From: an uncultured delta proteobacterium
GTDB taxonomy: Bacteria; Desulfobacterota; WTBG01
Direction: 5' to 3'
Length of the DNA: 64,000 bases
NCBI GenBank assembly: GCA_963793865.1
Contig: CAWCBP010000012.1
Span: 96,001 to 160,000 of the forward strand
The position numbers were made by a program, and so were the translations under genes. The notes below the pieces were generated by a model. It did no database searches. It had not been told where the DNA came from and saw only the letters and a list, made by a program, of their open reading frames with translations. Positions within the stretch are counted from its first letter, which is position 1. The number at the start of each line of letters is the position of its first letter. Shown in pieces: positions 40,591-50,812 of this stretch.

Positions 40591-41511
40591 CTATTTAATA
40601 AAATCCCTGATTATATCCGCCAGCTCCCCGGGCCGCTCCTCCTGCACGTAGTGGCCGCACTCCTTTACCGGCGCCAGCCGCGAGGAACCGATTTCTCCAT
40701 GCACGCGCCCGGCAATCTCAAGCATGTCTCCCGCCCCTCTCTGACCCCAGACTATCAGCGTGGGGCGGGTGACTTTCTCCGCTATACCCGGGTACTGCTT
40801 TTGCCCCACCCTGCCCATCATGTTCGCCAGGGCGTCAATGGCATTCGGGGTCCTGGTGGGAAGCATGTAGGCGTCAATCACCTCATCGGTCACCAGCGAT
40901 TTGTTGTAGAACGAGCCGGTCAAAAATCTCTTTCTCATGCTCCGGGAATAAAACTGCTTGGCCATGAGCCGGTCCAGCGGGAAGAAGAGGTGGTTCAGGA
41001 ACTCGGGGCCGGTCCTGGTATAAAATCCCGGCTCAATCATGGTCAGGCTCTCCGCCTTCAGCGGGGCATCAATGGCGGCACAGGCTATGATCACGCCTCC
41101 CATGGAGTGGCCGACCAGATGGGCGGAGGGCAGGTTGAGCGCCTCCATGAAATGGATGAGCAGCTTCCCCTGGGCCGTCATCTCATAATTGCCGTCGGGG
41201 GGCTTGTCTGAAAAACCGAAGCCGAGCATGTCATACGCATAGACGGTATAATTGCCGGCGAGGAGGGGGATGAGATTCCTCCAGGTGTAGAGTGAACCGG
41301 CAAAACCGTGCACCAGTATTAAAGGGCTGCCCGTTCCCTGCTTGGTATAATGGATGGTACGGCCATCGACCTGCACAAATCTGCTGTCCGGCCCCGCCAG
41401 CTTATCAACCGGGATCGTTTCAGAGGGAAGGTAGGCGACGATAATCAGGATGAGATAGAGGAGTGCCAGCACTGCAAGCGTAACTTTGAGTATCTTTTTT
41501 GCGCGGTTCAT
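40591..41511 (-). CDS. Alpha/beta hydrolase with N-terminal membrane anchor
   Basis: LVHGF, GHSMG and CGHYVQEE. Confidence 0.9.
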   Translation of the reverse strand: MNRAKKILKVTLAVLALLYLILIIVAYLPSETIPVDKLAGPDSRFVQVDGRTIHYTKQGTGSPLILVHGFAGSLYTWRNLIPLLAGNYTVYAYDMLGFGFSDKPPDGNYEMTAQGKLLIHFMEALNLPSAHLVGHSMGGVIIACAAIDAPLKAESLTMIEPGFYTRTGPEFLNHLFFPLDRLMAKQFYSRSMRKRFLTGSFYNKSLVTDEVIDAYMLPTRTPNAIDALANMMGRVGQKQYPGIAEKVTRPTLIVWGQRGAGDMLEIAGRVHGEIGSSRLAPVKECGHYVQEERPGELADIIRDFIK

Positions 41512-41529
41512 GATAGGGAGTCCTTCCTT

Positions 41530-42141
41530 TTAAAAAAGCATCCGGTACTTCAAGACGCTGAAGAAGTGCATCATCCAGGGAACTAAAAAGCTCCCGGATC
41601 TTTTATACGCGTAGGCATATACCGCGCCCACAGCGCTGAAGAGAATGACAAGTAACGTTTTCACCAGCAATGGACGCGGCCAGATGTCCCCGGTGGTGAG
41701 ATAGAAAAGGCCGTAGCACAATGACGATAAGAGGATGGGAAGAAACGCGCCCTTCATTGAAGCAGACAGCGTTTTAAATAAATATCCGCGGAAGAAGAGC
41801 TCCGTGGCAAAGGTGTGGAAGAGGGCAAGGATGAGGGCAATGGGTTGTGTCGGGTCAAACCCCCCGGGGTTATTGAACCCCATGGCGATCCCCACCAGCA
41901 ATGAGATGGCAAGCCAATTAAGGGATATGCGCAAACCGAGCGCGTCACGATTTTCCTTTCGGGTCAGCCGGAGCGAGGCAGCGGCGACAGCGATCATAAT
42001 AAACCTCCTCACATATAACAAAGGTGAGGAGGGATCATGTTTGCTCTCCGCCGGCCCGAGGCCGTATCCGATGCTCAAAATAAAAAACAGCGCGAACAGC
42101 AACGTACAGACGACAAGTGCCCTTACTGCATCCCGGCGCAT
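41530..42141 (-). CDS. CPBP (Abi/CAAX-protease) family membrane protein with degenerate motifs
   Basis: TELFFRG (canonical EExxFRG), SSLCYGLFY (canonical F...H) and SGS...WMMH. Confidence 0.7.
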   Translation of the reverse strand: MRRDAVRALVVCTLLFALFFILSIGYGLGPAESKHDPSSPLLYVRRFIMIAVAAASLRLTRKENRDALGLRISLNWLAISLLVGIAMGFNNPGGFDPTQPIALILALFHTFATELFFRGYLFKTLSASMKGAFLPILLSSLCYGLFYLTTGDIWPRPLLVKTLLVILFSAVGAVYAYAYKRSGSFLVPWMMHFFSVLKYRMLF

Positions 42142-42470
42142 CTTACCTCCCATGGTCCGCTGCCATCCAGTTCTTGCGCAGCGTCCAACCATATATATTG
42201 TTTTTTTTGAGGTGTCAATATACAATTGCGCCGCATTCAGGGTGTTCCAGGATTGTGCATTGATAACAGAGCAGAGCAATATGGAGGGCCATGCTCTGTC
42301 ATGGACGCATACAGCAAGAGGGCGCCGACGGAGCGCGTCCCTCCATAATAGTAATAATCTATAAGGATTCTTATAAAGTTATTCCTTCAGTTTCCGATAG
42401 TTTAAACATTATCTGTGCGCGGCGCCTTCCGGAAAGGGGGGAGGGGACTGGGGCGACGCTGAAGGGAGAA

Positions 42471-44099
42471 ATGATGATAAAAGGAAGTGCTGAGAAACCG
42501 GCTGAGGGGGTTGCCGGGAACGATCCGGTGCGGCTTCAGCTTTTGAAACAGCTGAAGCGCTCGGAGGAGCGATATCACAGCCTGGTGGAGAACGCCAATG
42601 ATGCCGTGATTGCAATCAGCGGCGACGGGGTAATCACCGGATTTAACCGGAAGGCCGAGCAGATGTTCGGCTATGGCCGGGAGGAGATGCTGGGAAAATC
42701 GGTGACGCTTCTGGCGCCGCCCCGCATACGGGAGCTGCAGCAGCGGATGCTTGAAAGGTACCGCAGGACGCGTAAATTACATATCATCGGGAAAACCGTG
42801 CCGGGAAGCGGCCTGAGGAAGGATGGACGGGAATTCCCGCTCGAAGGCACTACCCTGCTTGGGGAAGAGAATGGAGAGTACATGCTTACCATTCTCATCC
42901 GGGACATCTCTGAGCGCCGGAAGATGGAGGAGCTGCTCCTGCAGTCCGAAAAACTCAAATCCATGGGGGAGTTTGCCGGCGGGGTTGCGCATAATTTCAA
43001 CAACATCCTCTCGGTCATCATGGGCAGGACCCAGCTTTTAAGAAGAAACATGCACATACCTCCCGACCGGGAGGCGGCGGAAAAATTTGTGGAGGAGTTG
43101 AAAAAAAGCCTGGAGATAATTGAAAAAGCCTCCATTGACGGAGCGGACACGGTCAAACGCGTGCAGGATTTCGCCGGCACAACACCGGCTGAAGTTGATG
43201 GTTTTACCGCCGTTAATGTCAATGAGATTATTGAGCAGGCGCTCGAATTTACCAGGCTCAAATGGCATGATGAAGCCTGGGCCAGGGGCATTTCCATCGC
43301 CATTAAAAAGGATCTCTCTCCGCTCCCGCTCGTGGGAGGAAACGCGTCCGAGCTGAGAGCGGCGCTGGTGAATCTGATTAACAATGCCGTTGACGCCCTT
43401 CCCCGGGGCGGACTTATCAGGGTAAAGACCTATTCCGGCGCGGGGCAGGTGGTGGTCATTGTGGAGGACAGCGGTGTCGGCATGTCCAGGGAGGTTCAGG
43501 GCAGAATTTTTGACCCCTTTTTCACCACCAAGGGAGTTCAGTCCACGGGGCTGGGCATGAGCGTTTCCCACGGCATCATCAGGCGGCACCAGGGAACCAT
43601 TACCGTGGAGAGCGTCGAGAACCGGGGAACAACCTGCTGCCTCAAGTTTCCCGTTTATACAGGCGCGCCGCAGGAAGAAAGGCAGGCGGCATCTCTTCCG
43701 GCGAAGGCGAGGAAGGCAAGCATACTGGTGGTGGAAGATGAAGAAGAAGTGCGCGAGCTGCTCAAGGACATTTTGACCGACGGCGGTCACGAGGTGGAGT
43801 TTTCCTCCAACGGCCAGAAGGGTCTGGAGCTCTTTCAGGAAAAAAAGTTTGACCTGGTATTCACCGATCTGGGCATGCCCGGGATGTCCGGATGGCAGGT
43901 GGCGGAAAAGATCAAGCAGTTGAGCAGCGATACCCCGGTTGCCCTGATTACCGGCTGGGAAGTGAAAAAAAAGAAGCAGGAGCTGAAAAGTAAAGGGGTC
44001 GATATCGTACTCAAAAAACCGTTCCGGGTGGATGAAATCCTGCGGCTGGTTCAGGAATGGATGGCGGAGCGCGACAACCGCGCAAGCGTTCCCGCCTGA
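42471..44099 (+). CDS. PAS-domain hybrid sensor histidine kinase/response regulator
   Basis: PAS, GVAHNFNN (H-box), NLINNA, FDPFFTTK, TGLG and receiver TDLGMP. Confidence 0.92.
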   Translation: MMIKGSAEKPAEGVAGNDPVRLQLLKQLKRSEERYHSLVENANDAVIAISGDGVITGFNRKAEQMFGYGREEMLGKSVTLLAPPRIRELQQRMLERYRRTRKLHIIGKTVPGSGLRKDGREFPLEGTTLLGEENGEYMLTILIRDISERRKMEELLLQSEKLKSMGEFAGGVAHNFNNILSVIMGRTQLLRRNMHIPPDREAAEKFVEELKKSLEIIEKASIDGADTVKRVQDFAGTTPAEVDGFTAVNVNEIIEQALEFTRLKWHDEAWARGISIAIKKDLSPLPLVGGNASELRAALVNLINNAVDALPRGGLIRVKTYSGAGQVVVIVEDSGVGMSREVQGRIFDPFFTTKGVQSTGLGMSVSHGIIRRHQGTITVESVENRGTTCCLKFPVYTGAPQEERQAASLPAKARKASILVVEDEEEVRELLKDILTDGGHEVEFSSNGQKGLELFQEKKFDLVFTDLGMPGMSGWQVAEKIKQLSSDTPVALITGWEVKKKKQELKSKGVDIVLKKPFRVDEILRLVQEWMAERDNRASVPA

Positions 44100-44186
44100 T
44101 CGCGCAGGGCACGCTAAATAAGATTCCTCACATTCGTTCGGAATGACATGTTGTACGTCTTCTCTTAATATTCTTCTCGTTTATCT

Positions 44187-44214
44187 GTAGGGGCAACCGG
44201 CCGGTTGCCCCTAC
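44187..44214. repeat. GTAG-type REP palindrome, copy 3 (compensatory change)
   Basis: gtaggggcAaccggccggtTgcccctac. Confidence 0.85.
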
Positions 44215-44303
44215 GTGTCAGACCTTATTCTAAAATTAAAAAATAATAGGTCATCACCTTTTCCTCCTCACAAACTCCTTCCGCCCATACCATCATTTTA
44301 CAC

Positions 44304-44332
44304 TTGGCAGAGAGACGCGTTCTGTTTATAAT
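44304..44332 (+). promoter_or_regulatory. Sigma70-type promoter upstream of the SDR gene
   Basis: TTGGCA-17nt-TATAAT. Confidence 0.6.
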
Positions 44333-44428
44333 GCGCCGTACTTTTACACGGGGTGTCCTGCCTGAAGCTTCGTAGCGAAACCTGCCCGGCCCGGTGTCTC
44401 CGGCCCGGCAAAAAAAAGGAGATTGCCG

Positions 44429-45187
44429 ATGAGACTCAAGGATAAGATTGCACTGATTACGGGAGCGGCGGGAGGTATCGGAAGCGCCATCGTGCGGCGC
44501 TTCGCGGAGGAGGGCGCCACGATTATACTCAGCGATATTAAAGAGGAGGGCTGCAAGGCGCTCTTGGGCGAAATAGAAAAGAAGGGGGGCCGGGGGAGTA
44601 TTATTACGGCGGACGTCACCAGGGAAGACGAGATCGTCGCGCTCTTCGCCCGGGCGATGAAGGATTATCCCCGCCTGGACATCCTGGCCAACATCGCGGG
44701 AGGAGATTTTGAAAACCAGGCGGCGGTCGATGATATCAGCTACGAGAAGATGAGCTACAATATCGATGCCAATCTCAAGTCGTGCATTCTCTGCTGCCGG
44801 GAGGCGGCCAAGATCATGATGGGACAGCAGTACGGCAGGATCGTTAACATGGCTTCCATCGTCTACCGGGGCAGCCCCATGCAGTTCACCTATTCAGCCG
44901 CCAAAGGGGGCGTGTTTGCCTTTACCCGCAGCATGGCCATGGCGCTGGGCATATATAATATTACCGTCAATTCCCTCGCCCCGGCCCTCATAGAGGTCGA
45001 CATCATAAAGAATTCCATCGAGCCTGAAATGTGGGAGGCGCTCAAGGAGGATTGCGCCTCGCGCTACCCGCTGGGGAGGATCGGCCAGCCCATCGACGTG
45101 GCAAACTGCGCCCTGTTCCTGGCCTCGGATGAAGCATCCTTCATCACCGGTCAGATTCTTGAGATATCAGGAGGAGGAAGATTATAA
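44429..45187 (+). CDS. Short-chain dehydrogenase/reductase (FabG-like)
   Basis: TGAAGGIG, YSAAK and ASFITGQ. Confidence 0.92.
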   Translation: MRLKDKIALITGAAGGIGSAIVRRFAEEGATIILSDIKEEGCKALLGEIEKKGGRGSIITADVTREDEIVALFARAMKDYPRLDILANIAGGDFENQAAVDDISYEKMSYNIDANLKSCILCCREAAKIMMGQQYGRIVNMASIVYRGSPMQFTYSAAKGGVFAFTRSMAMALGIYNITVNSLAPALIEVDIIKNSIEPEMWEALKEDCASRYPLGRIGQPIDVANCALFLASDEASFITGQILEISGGGRL

Positions 45188-45320
45188 GAAGAGGGGTCAG
45201 GGTTCAGGGTCATAAAATAGGGTACAGGGGACAGGGAGCAGGGTCAAAAACAGTTTACAGTTGCCGGTTGCCAGTTTACAGGAGAAAGGTCAAAAGTCCA
45301 CTGTCCACAGAAAATGATGG

Positions 45321-45500
45321 AACCACGAAGGACACGAAGGGTAAGGCACGAAGAACACGAAGCGAGAGTCGGAGTAGGACGCGCCCTGCAGCGTCCTACT
45401 GCAAGACTTCTCAGTCATGCACGCACGACTGAGAATTGAAAAGTTCGGAGTCTTTCTTCGTGTGCTCGTTCTTGGCTTTTTCTTCGTGTGCTTCGTGGTT
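45321..45500. repeat. Multibranch CACGAAG/CTTCGTG palindrome, copy 1
   Basis: Outer arms aaccacgaag.../...cttcgtggtt enclose hairpins agtaggacgc/gcgtcctact and ttctcagtc/gactgagaa. Confidence 0.85.
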
Positions 45501-45561
45501 CAAAAAGCATGGGTCAGGGTCAGTGAAGCTTCCTTGACCAGCATCGTGTATCTTAAAAAGT

Positions 45562-45582
45562 TATATTTCAAGACCTGACCCC
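45562..45582. repeat. Solo copy of the IR end of the 59067 transposase
   Basis: tatatttcaagacctgacccc. Confidence 0.8.
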
Positions 45583-45679
45583 ATTAGACGTTGACATTTG
45601 ATTCATCAATTGATAATCGTGATCCCTGACTTTTCTTTTGCCCCTGTTCCCTGAACCCTGACCCCTGCACCCTGCTTTT

Positions 45680-46585
45680 ATGACCGCCCGTTTTTTAGAA
45701 CTGGAAATAACCGGCGCCTGTCGCCACCGCTGCCAGCACTGTTACGGTTCCTTTCCCCGGGAAGGAAGCCTTGACCGGGGGACGGTGATGCGCCTGATCG
45801 ACGAGGCCCGCGGCAATTTTGACTGCATCATTTTTTCGGGAGGGGAACCATTTCTCCACCCCGATCTCCCGTTCTTCACCCGCTATGCGCATGACTTTGT
45901 CGTGTTTATTACCACCTCCGGTTACCGCGTGACCGCGGAGCAGGTTCGCGGGTTGCCGGGGAACGTGATCTTGGTTTTCGGGATCGACGGCATTGGTGAG
46001 GTCCATGACCGCTACCGGGGCACGCCCGGGGCTTATGAAGAGCTTATGCGGTTGCTCAAGCAGACCCGGGACCGGCCTAAAGAGATCATAACCACTCTCT
46101 GGAAGGGCGTTCTGCCCCAGATGGATGCCATGATAGAGCTTGCCGAGGAGCACATGGCCATTCTGCACTTTAATGCCCTGATACCGGTGGGAAGGGCCCG
46201 CTCGAATGCAGAGATCCTGCTTACAAGGGATGAGCAGGAGGCGGTGTATCAGCGCTTGCAGGAACTCAGATTGAATCGCGAGGCGTCTCTGGCAACGGAC
46301 CTGTATAAGGTCACCCGGGAAGACAAAGAGGGCATAGACCTGTTCTGCAAGGGGCGGTATTCGGTCAGTCCCGCGGGGGATGTGCGGCCGTGTGAATTTC
46401 ATCCCGGCGTGCTGGGCAGCGTCTTCCGGGAATCGCTGGGCTCGATCATGGAGAGGGCGAAACAACATCCTTTCATCCAGGCACGGGAGAACGGCTTCAG
46501 GGAACAGGCGAAGAAGGTTTTGGACAACCCCTTTGACTATCACACGGAGATATGTCACGCGCTGAGCGCACAGCTCCCGTTTTGA
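45680..46585 (+). CDS. Radical SAM protein with Twitch/SPASM-like C-terminus
   Basis: CRHRCQHC, SGGEP and C......GDVRPC. Confidence 0.88.
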   Translation: MTARFLELEITGACRHRCQHCYGSFPREGSLDRGTVMRLIDEARGNFDCIIFSGGEPFLHPDLPFFTRYAHDFVVFITTSGYRVTAEQVRGLPGNVILVFGIDGIGEVHDRYRGTPGAYEELMRLLKQTRDRPKEIITTLWKGVLPQMDAMIELAEEHMAILHFNALIPVGRARSNAEILLTRDEQEAVYQRLQELRLNREASLATDLYKVTREDKEGIDLFCKGRYSVSPAGDVRPCEFHPGVLGSVFRESLGSIMERAKQHPFIQARENGFREQAKKVLDNPFDYHTEICHALSAQLPF

Positions 46586-46607
46586 AGGGATGATCAGGTT
46601 CTGTTCA

Positions 46608-46635
46608 GTAGGGGCGACCGGCCGGTCGCCCCTAC
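46608..46635. repeat. GTAG-type REP palindrome, copy 4
   Basis: gtaggggcgaccggccggtcgcccctac. Confidence 0.85.
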
Positions 46636-46729
46636 GTTTGGATAAGTGATATGTATGTGCATTCGCCGCCGAAAGCGAGGAATACCACTGATATGTTTTC
46701 ATGCATACTAGTGAAACGGAGGGTAACGG

Positions 46730-47101
46730 ATGAAGAGAACGGTGAAGAGCACCTGCAGCAGGTGCAGCGCGCTGTGCTGCAAATATTTTGCCCTGGAGCT
46801 GGACAAACCCTCCACCTGGAACGATTTTGAGAACATCCGCTGGTACATCAGCCATCAGAAAACCTCGGTCTTTATCCAGCAGGGGAGGTGGTTTCTGAAC
46901 GTGAACAACCGCTGCCGGCATTTAACCGCCGACAGCCGCTGCCGCGTTTATGATCATCGCCCGGCCATTTGCCGTCGGCTGGACGCGAACGGATGTGAAT
47001 ACCACAATCTGGACGGGGTGCGGGAGATCAGGACGGAGCAGCAGCTGGCGGCATATCTGGCCGAGCGCTCCGCAAAAAGGAAGGTGAAGAAAAAGAGATG
47101 A
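46730..47101 (+). CDS. YkgJ-family cysteine-cluster protein
   Basis: CSRCSALCC, CRHL....C.VY..RP.ICR. Confidence 0.88.
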   Translation: MKRTVKSTCSRCSALCCKYFALELDKPSTWNDFENIRWYISHQKTSVFIQQGRWFLNVNNRCRHLTADSRCRVYDHRPAICRRLDANGCEYHNLDGVREIRTEQQLAAYLAERSAKRKVKKKR

Positions 47102-47188
47102 GGGATGATGTTAAATGACGGGAGGGAAGAAAAAAGACTCAAACCGAAACGATTCGGTTTGAGTCTTTTGCACGATCGCAATGGCCGG

Positions 47189-48124
47189 TCAGCTGATTGC
47201 CGCCCGGGGACAGATATCCTCGCAGATCCTGCATCCGGTGCAGTTGCCGGTAAAGCAGAATGACTTGATTTCCCCCTTTTCCTCCTTGAGCTCCAGCGCG
47301 CAGCAGGGGCAGTTGTCGCAGCACTGACCGCATCCCATGCAGGTCTCCTCATCAATGGTGGGATAGCTCCGGCAGGTCTGGCAGAGGTTGAACATCTCCG
47401 GAGGAAAGATCATCTTGTTTCCCAGCCAGGTCAGCTGCCGTTCCGGGGCGATGGGATTGCCGCATGACTTGCAGAATCTGATGGGCAATTCCGTCTTCCA
47501 GTTCTGCATCAGGCGCTGCGCGCCCAGATTCTGCTCCCCGTCGGCATAGACGACCTGGGCGTTGTCAAAATTCTGCATCTTGATGACCTGGGTGGGGCAG
47601 ACCAGGGCGCAGCTCCCGCAGGCGATGCACTCCTTTGAGCTTTCGTCGAAGGGAACGGCGACCTTCTTGTTGATGCCGCTTCCCTCGAAGTCAATGGCAT
47701 TGGCCTGCACCACTTCCGCGCAGGTGCGGACGCACAGCCCGCACAGGATGCAGTATTCGTTCTCCAGGCTGAATTCCTCGGGGACGGCGGTGACGCCGAC
47801 CTCGGCGGCCATGTCCCGTATCTTTTTGGGGTTCGGGCAGCGCGCCAGCAGGAGCTCCATCACCAGCTTTCGGACGTCCTTCACCCGCTCCGTTTCGGTG
47901 GCAACCTTCATCCCGTCCCGGACGAGGTAGTTGCAGGAGGTCTCAATGGTGGTGCGGTCCCCCTGGGTGACCTCCACGCTGCAGAGCCTGCAGTTTCCCG
48001 CCGGCTTGAGCGCGTCGTTGGAGCACAGGTTCGGGATATGGATACCCTCATCCCGGGCGGCCTCCAGAATGGTCCTGCCTTCCTCTGTTTTGATTTTCTT
48101 GCCGTTAATGGTAATGGTTATCAT
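47189..48124 (-). CDS. NuoG/HydA N-terminal-like Fe-S subunit with no catalytic domain and extra C-terminal ferredoxin clusters
   Basis: IPNLC...GNCRLC.VE, CILCGLCVRTC, CIACGSC..VCP, CMGCGQCC..CP and CTGCRIC..ICP. Confidence 0.85.
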   Translation of the reverse strand: MITITINGKKIKTEEGRTILEAARDEGIHIPNLCSNDALKPAGNCRLCSVEVTQGDRTTIETSCNYLVRDGMKVATETERVKDVRKLVMELLLARCPNPKKIRDMAAEVGVTAVPEEFSLENEYCILCGLCVRTCAEVVQANAIDFEGSGINKKVAVPFDESSKECIACGSCALVCPTQVIKMQNFDNAQVVYADGEQNLGAQRLMQNWKTELPIRFCKSCGNPIAPERQLTWLGNKMIFPPEMFNLCQTCRSYPTIDEETCMGCGQCCDNCPCCALELKEEKGEIKSFCFTGNCTGCRICEDICPRAAIS

Positions 48125-48177
48125 GATCTGCCCAACCTCCTCGGATGGTTGCTTGAGGCAGCCTGCCCGGATGCCTG

Positions 48178-49873
48178 TTATCCTTTGATATAATGGCTGT
48201 AGTCAGCGGCAAAGTGCTTCAGGGTTGAAGTTATCACAACCGGAACCGTCTTGCCCAGGGCGCAGAGTGATCCGTCGATCATGGGCTGTGACATCTGCTT
48301 CAGGAGGTCGATGTGCCCCTGTTTGCCCTGTCCCTGGCACAGTTCCCCCACCAGCTCGCACATCTTCTTGACCCCTTCACGGCAGGTGGTGCACTTGCCG
48401 CAGGTCTCCTCTTTAAAGAAATTGAGAAAATAGAGTGCCAGGTCAGCCATGTTGACGCTGTCGTCAATGACGGTAAACCCCGCACCCAGGATCGCCCCTG
48501 CCTTGTTCAGATCATCATAGGTCAGGGGGAGCTTTACGGACTGCGCCGGCAGGACGCTTCCCGACGGGCCGCCAATGGTGACGGCCTTCAGCTTCTTCCC
48601 CGCGCTCACACCGCCGCCGATGGCGATGATTTCCTCCAGGGTGGTGCCGAGCGGCACTTCCACCAGGCTGGGGCTGGTGATGCTGCCGTTCAATGAAAGG
48701 ACCTTGGTCCCGGCATTGCCCTTGGTGCCGATGCCGCTGAACCATTTTCCGCCCCTGGCGATTATGGCGGGAACCATGGCCAGGGTTTCCAGATTGTTTA
48801 CCACCGTCGGCTGTCCCCACAGCCCCTTCTGGGCCGGGAAGGGGGGACGCGGACGCGGCTCACCGTAACGGCCTTCCAGGGTGGTAATGAGCGCCGTTTC
48901 CTCGCCGCACACATACCCGCCGCTGCCTTCATCGATGATCACATCAAAGCTGAACGTGCTCCCGAGGATGGCTCCCTCCCAGGAGTCCATAGTCGTATGC
49001 CTGTCGCACCGCCTCCCTGATTTTGGCCAGGGCCGCGGGATAATGGGTGGACACGTAGATGAAACCCTTTGAGGCGCCCACCGCGTAAGCCGCTATGATC
49101 AGGCCTTCCAGAACGGCATGGGGGTCTCCCTCCATCATGCTGCGGTGCATGCCGATGTCCGGGTCACCTTCGCTCCCGTTGGCAACCACGTATTTTGTCT
49201 CTCCGGCCGCCTCGCTGCAGGTCTTCCACTTGATGCCGGTGGGAAAGCCGGCCCCGCCCCTGCCCCGGAGTCCCGAGGTGATTACCTCCTGGATAACCTG
49301 CCCGGCCGGCATGGCCAGGGCCGCGGCAAGCGCGCTGTACCCGCCGAAGGCAATGTACTCATCAATGCTGCCGGGATCGATAATGCCTGCGTTGCGCAGC
49401 GCGATCTTCTGCTGCTTCTGGTAAAAGGGATACGAGCCGCGTTCGGGAAGTTCCTTGAGCGGCTGCGGGGCCTCATCGGTACCATAGGGAACAGCTTCCC
49501 CGGCGATGACGTTTTCCTCGGCATCAGTCCTGAAGAGGGCGTGCTCCTTGAGCACCGATCCGCTCTTGATGGCCTTCACCAGCGCCGCCGCCTTGTCCGC
49601 GGTTACCGCCCCGTAGGTGATCTTCGGCCTTCCCTTCTGGATGACATCGACAATGGGCTCCTGGTAGCACATGCCGTTGCAGCCCACCTCGACGATGTCG
49701 GCGGCAAGGCCCTGCTTTTTAACCTCGGCTTCCAGTGCCTTCTTTAAAAGATCAGCCCGCCGCGACAGCCCGCAGGTGGAGGTGCCCACCTGAATCCGCA
49801 GCGCCGCCTCGCTCATCTTTTTTCTGGCTTGCGTGCCGAGTGCCTTGAGATCCTTTTCGCTTGTGACCTTCAT
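48178..49873 (-). CDS. NuoF/HydB-like NADH-binding FMN subunit, with an apparent +1 indel at ~48975
   Basis: N-terminal 2Fe-2S thioredoxin-like domain, GLRGRGGAGFPTG, NGSEGDP, then in the second frame YVCGEETAL, ETCGKCTTCREG and LCALG. Confidence 0.88.
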
Positions 49874-49898
49874 GGTGACTCCCCGTTTTTGTGGAAAA

Positions 49899-50801
49899 CT
49901 ACAATTGTCTGATCTTTTCCTGCGCCCAGCCGCCGTCGCCGCATTCACCGTCCACGCTGACCATGGGTTCATGTCCGCAGCACCCGATGCAGCGCACCTT
50001 TTCCAGGGTGAATGTGCCGCCGGCTTTTTGATTGAGCTCATCATACACCCGGCCCGAGTCCTTCAGGTGGCAGGCAAACCCGTCGCACACCTTGACCACG
50101 TGCTGCTTCTTGGGCTCGAGGCTGAAGGCCGGATACGACGTGGCCACCCGGTACACCGCGCTCAGGGGAATGGAGAGCTGCTCGCTCACCTTGCCGAGCA
50201 CCACCTTGGGAAGGTGGCTGAATTCCCGCTGCACCTCGTGGAGGAGGGAGAGCAGGGCTTCCTGCTGCCCCTTGTAGCGCGAGAGTATGGCGTCCGCCTT
50301 GCTTACATCGACCCCGCTGCCCGCGGCCAGCAGGTTCATGATCTGGCTCATGAACGGTTCCGGCGGCTTCATTTCCTTGACCGCCTCAACCACCATATTC
50401 TCGGTAACGCTGCCGCCCGGTCCCGCCTTGCCGGCGATGAAATCGAGCAGCTTGGGCCTGACCGCCCCGCGCAGCATTTCCGGGATGACGCTCATGATTT
50501 TTTCCACCATCTTTTCGCTTTCACCTTCCCAGGACAGCTGGGCCGCGGCCGCCGACTCCTGGGCGGGCGGGGCGCCTGATGTCATTCCCAGGGCGCCCAT
50601 GATCACGCTTTTCTGCGGCTCGGGCAGGTCCTCCCGCACCAGCTTTTCAATGACCGCGTCGGTCACCGGGGCGCCTTTTGCCTTGCCTTCAATCATGGCA
50701 ATGAGCTGCGGTTTCATTGCGTCGCGCATCGGCTCAGGGACCACCTCCAGTATCTTGGCAAACGTGGCCTGGGCCTTTTTATCCCAATTGGAAAGAGCCA
50801 T
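49899..50801 (-). CDS. NuoE/HydC-like subunit with duplicated N-terminal helical domain
   Basis: CDGFAC and CIGCC; N-terminal repeat 'LSNWDKKAQATF.KI..VVPE.MR' / 'LSWEGESEKMVEKI..VIPE.LR'. Confidence 0.82.
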   Translation of the reverse strand: MALSNWDKKAQATFAKILEVVPEPMRDAMKPQLIAMIEGKAKGAPVTDAVIEKLVREDLPEPQKSVIMGALGMTSGAPPAQESAAAAQLSWEGESEKMVEKIMSVIPEMLRGAVRPKLLDFIAGKAGPGGSVTENMVVEAVKEMKPPEPFMSQIMNLLAAGSGVDVSKADAILSRYKGQQEALLSLLHEVQREFSHLPKVVLGKVSEQLSIPLSAVYRVATSYPAFSLEPKKQHVVKVCDGFACHLKDSGRVYDELNQKAGGTFTLEKVRCIGCCGHEPMVSVDGECGDGGWAQEKIRQL

Positions 50802-50812
50802 GATATCCTCCT

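Noticed and set aside
45321..45500. Iterated CACGAAG units as a CRISPR array
   Set aside because: The units are 7-9 bp, irregular and form inverted arms. There are no unique spacers of constant length and no cas genes.
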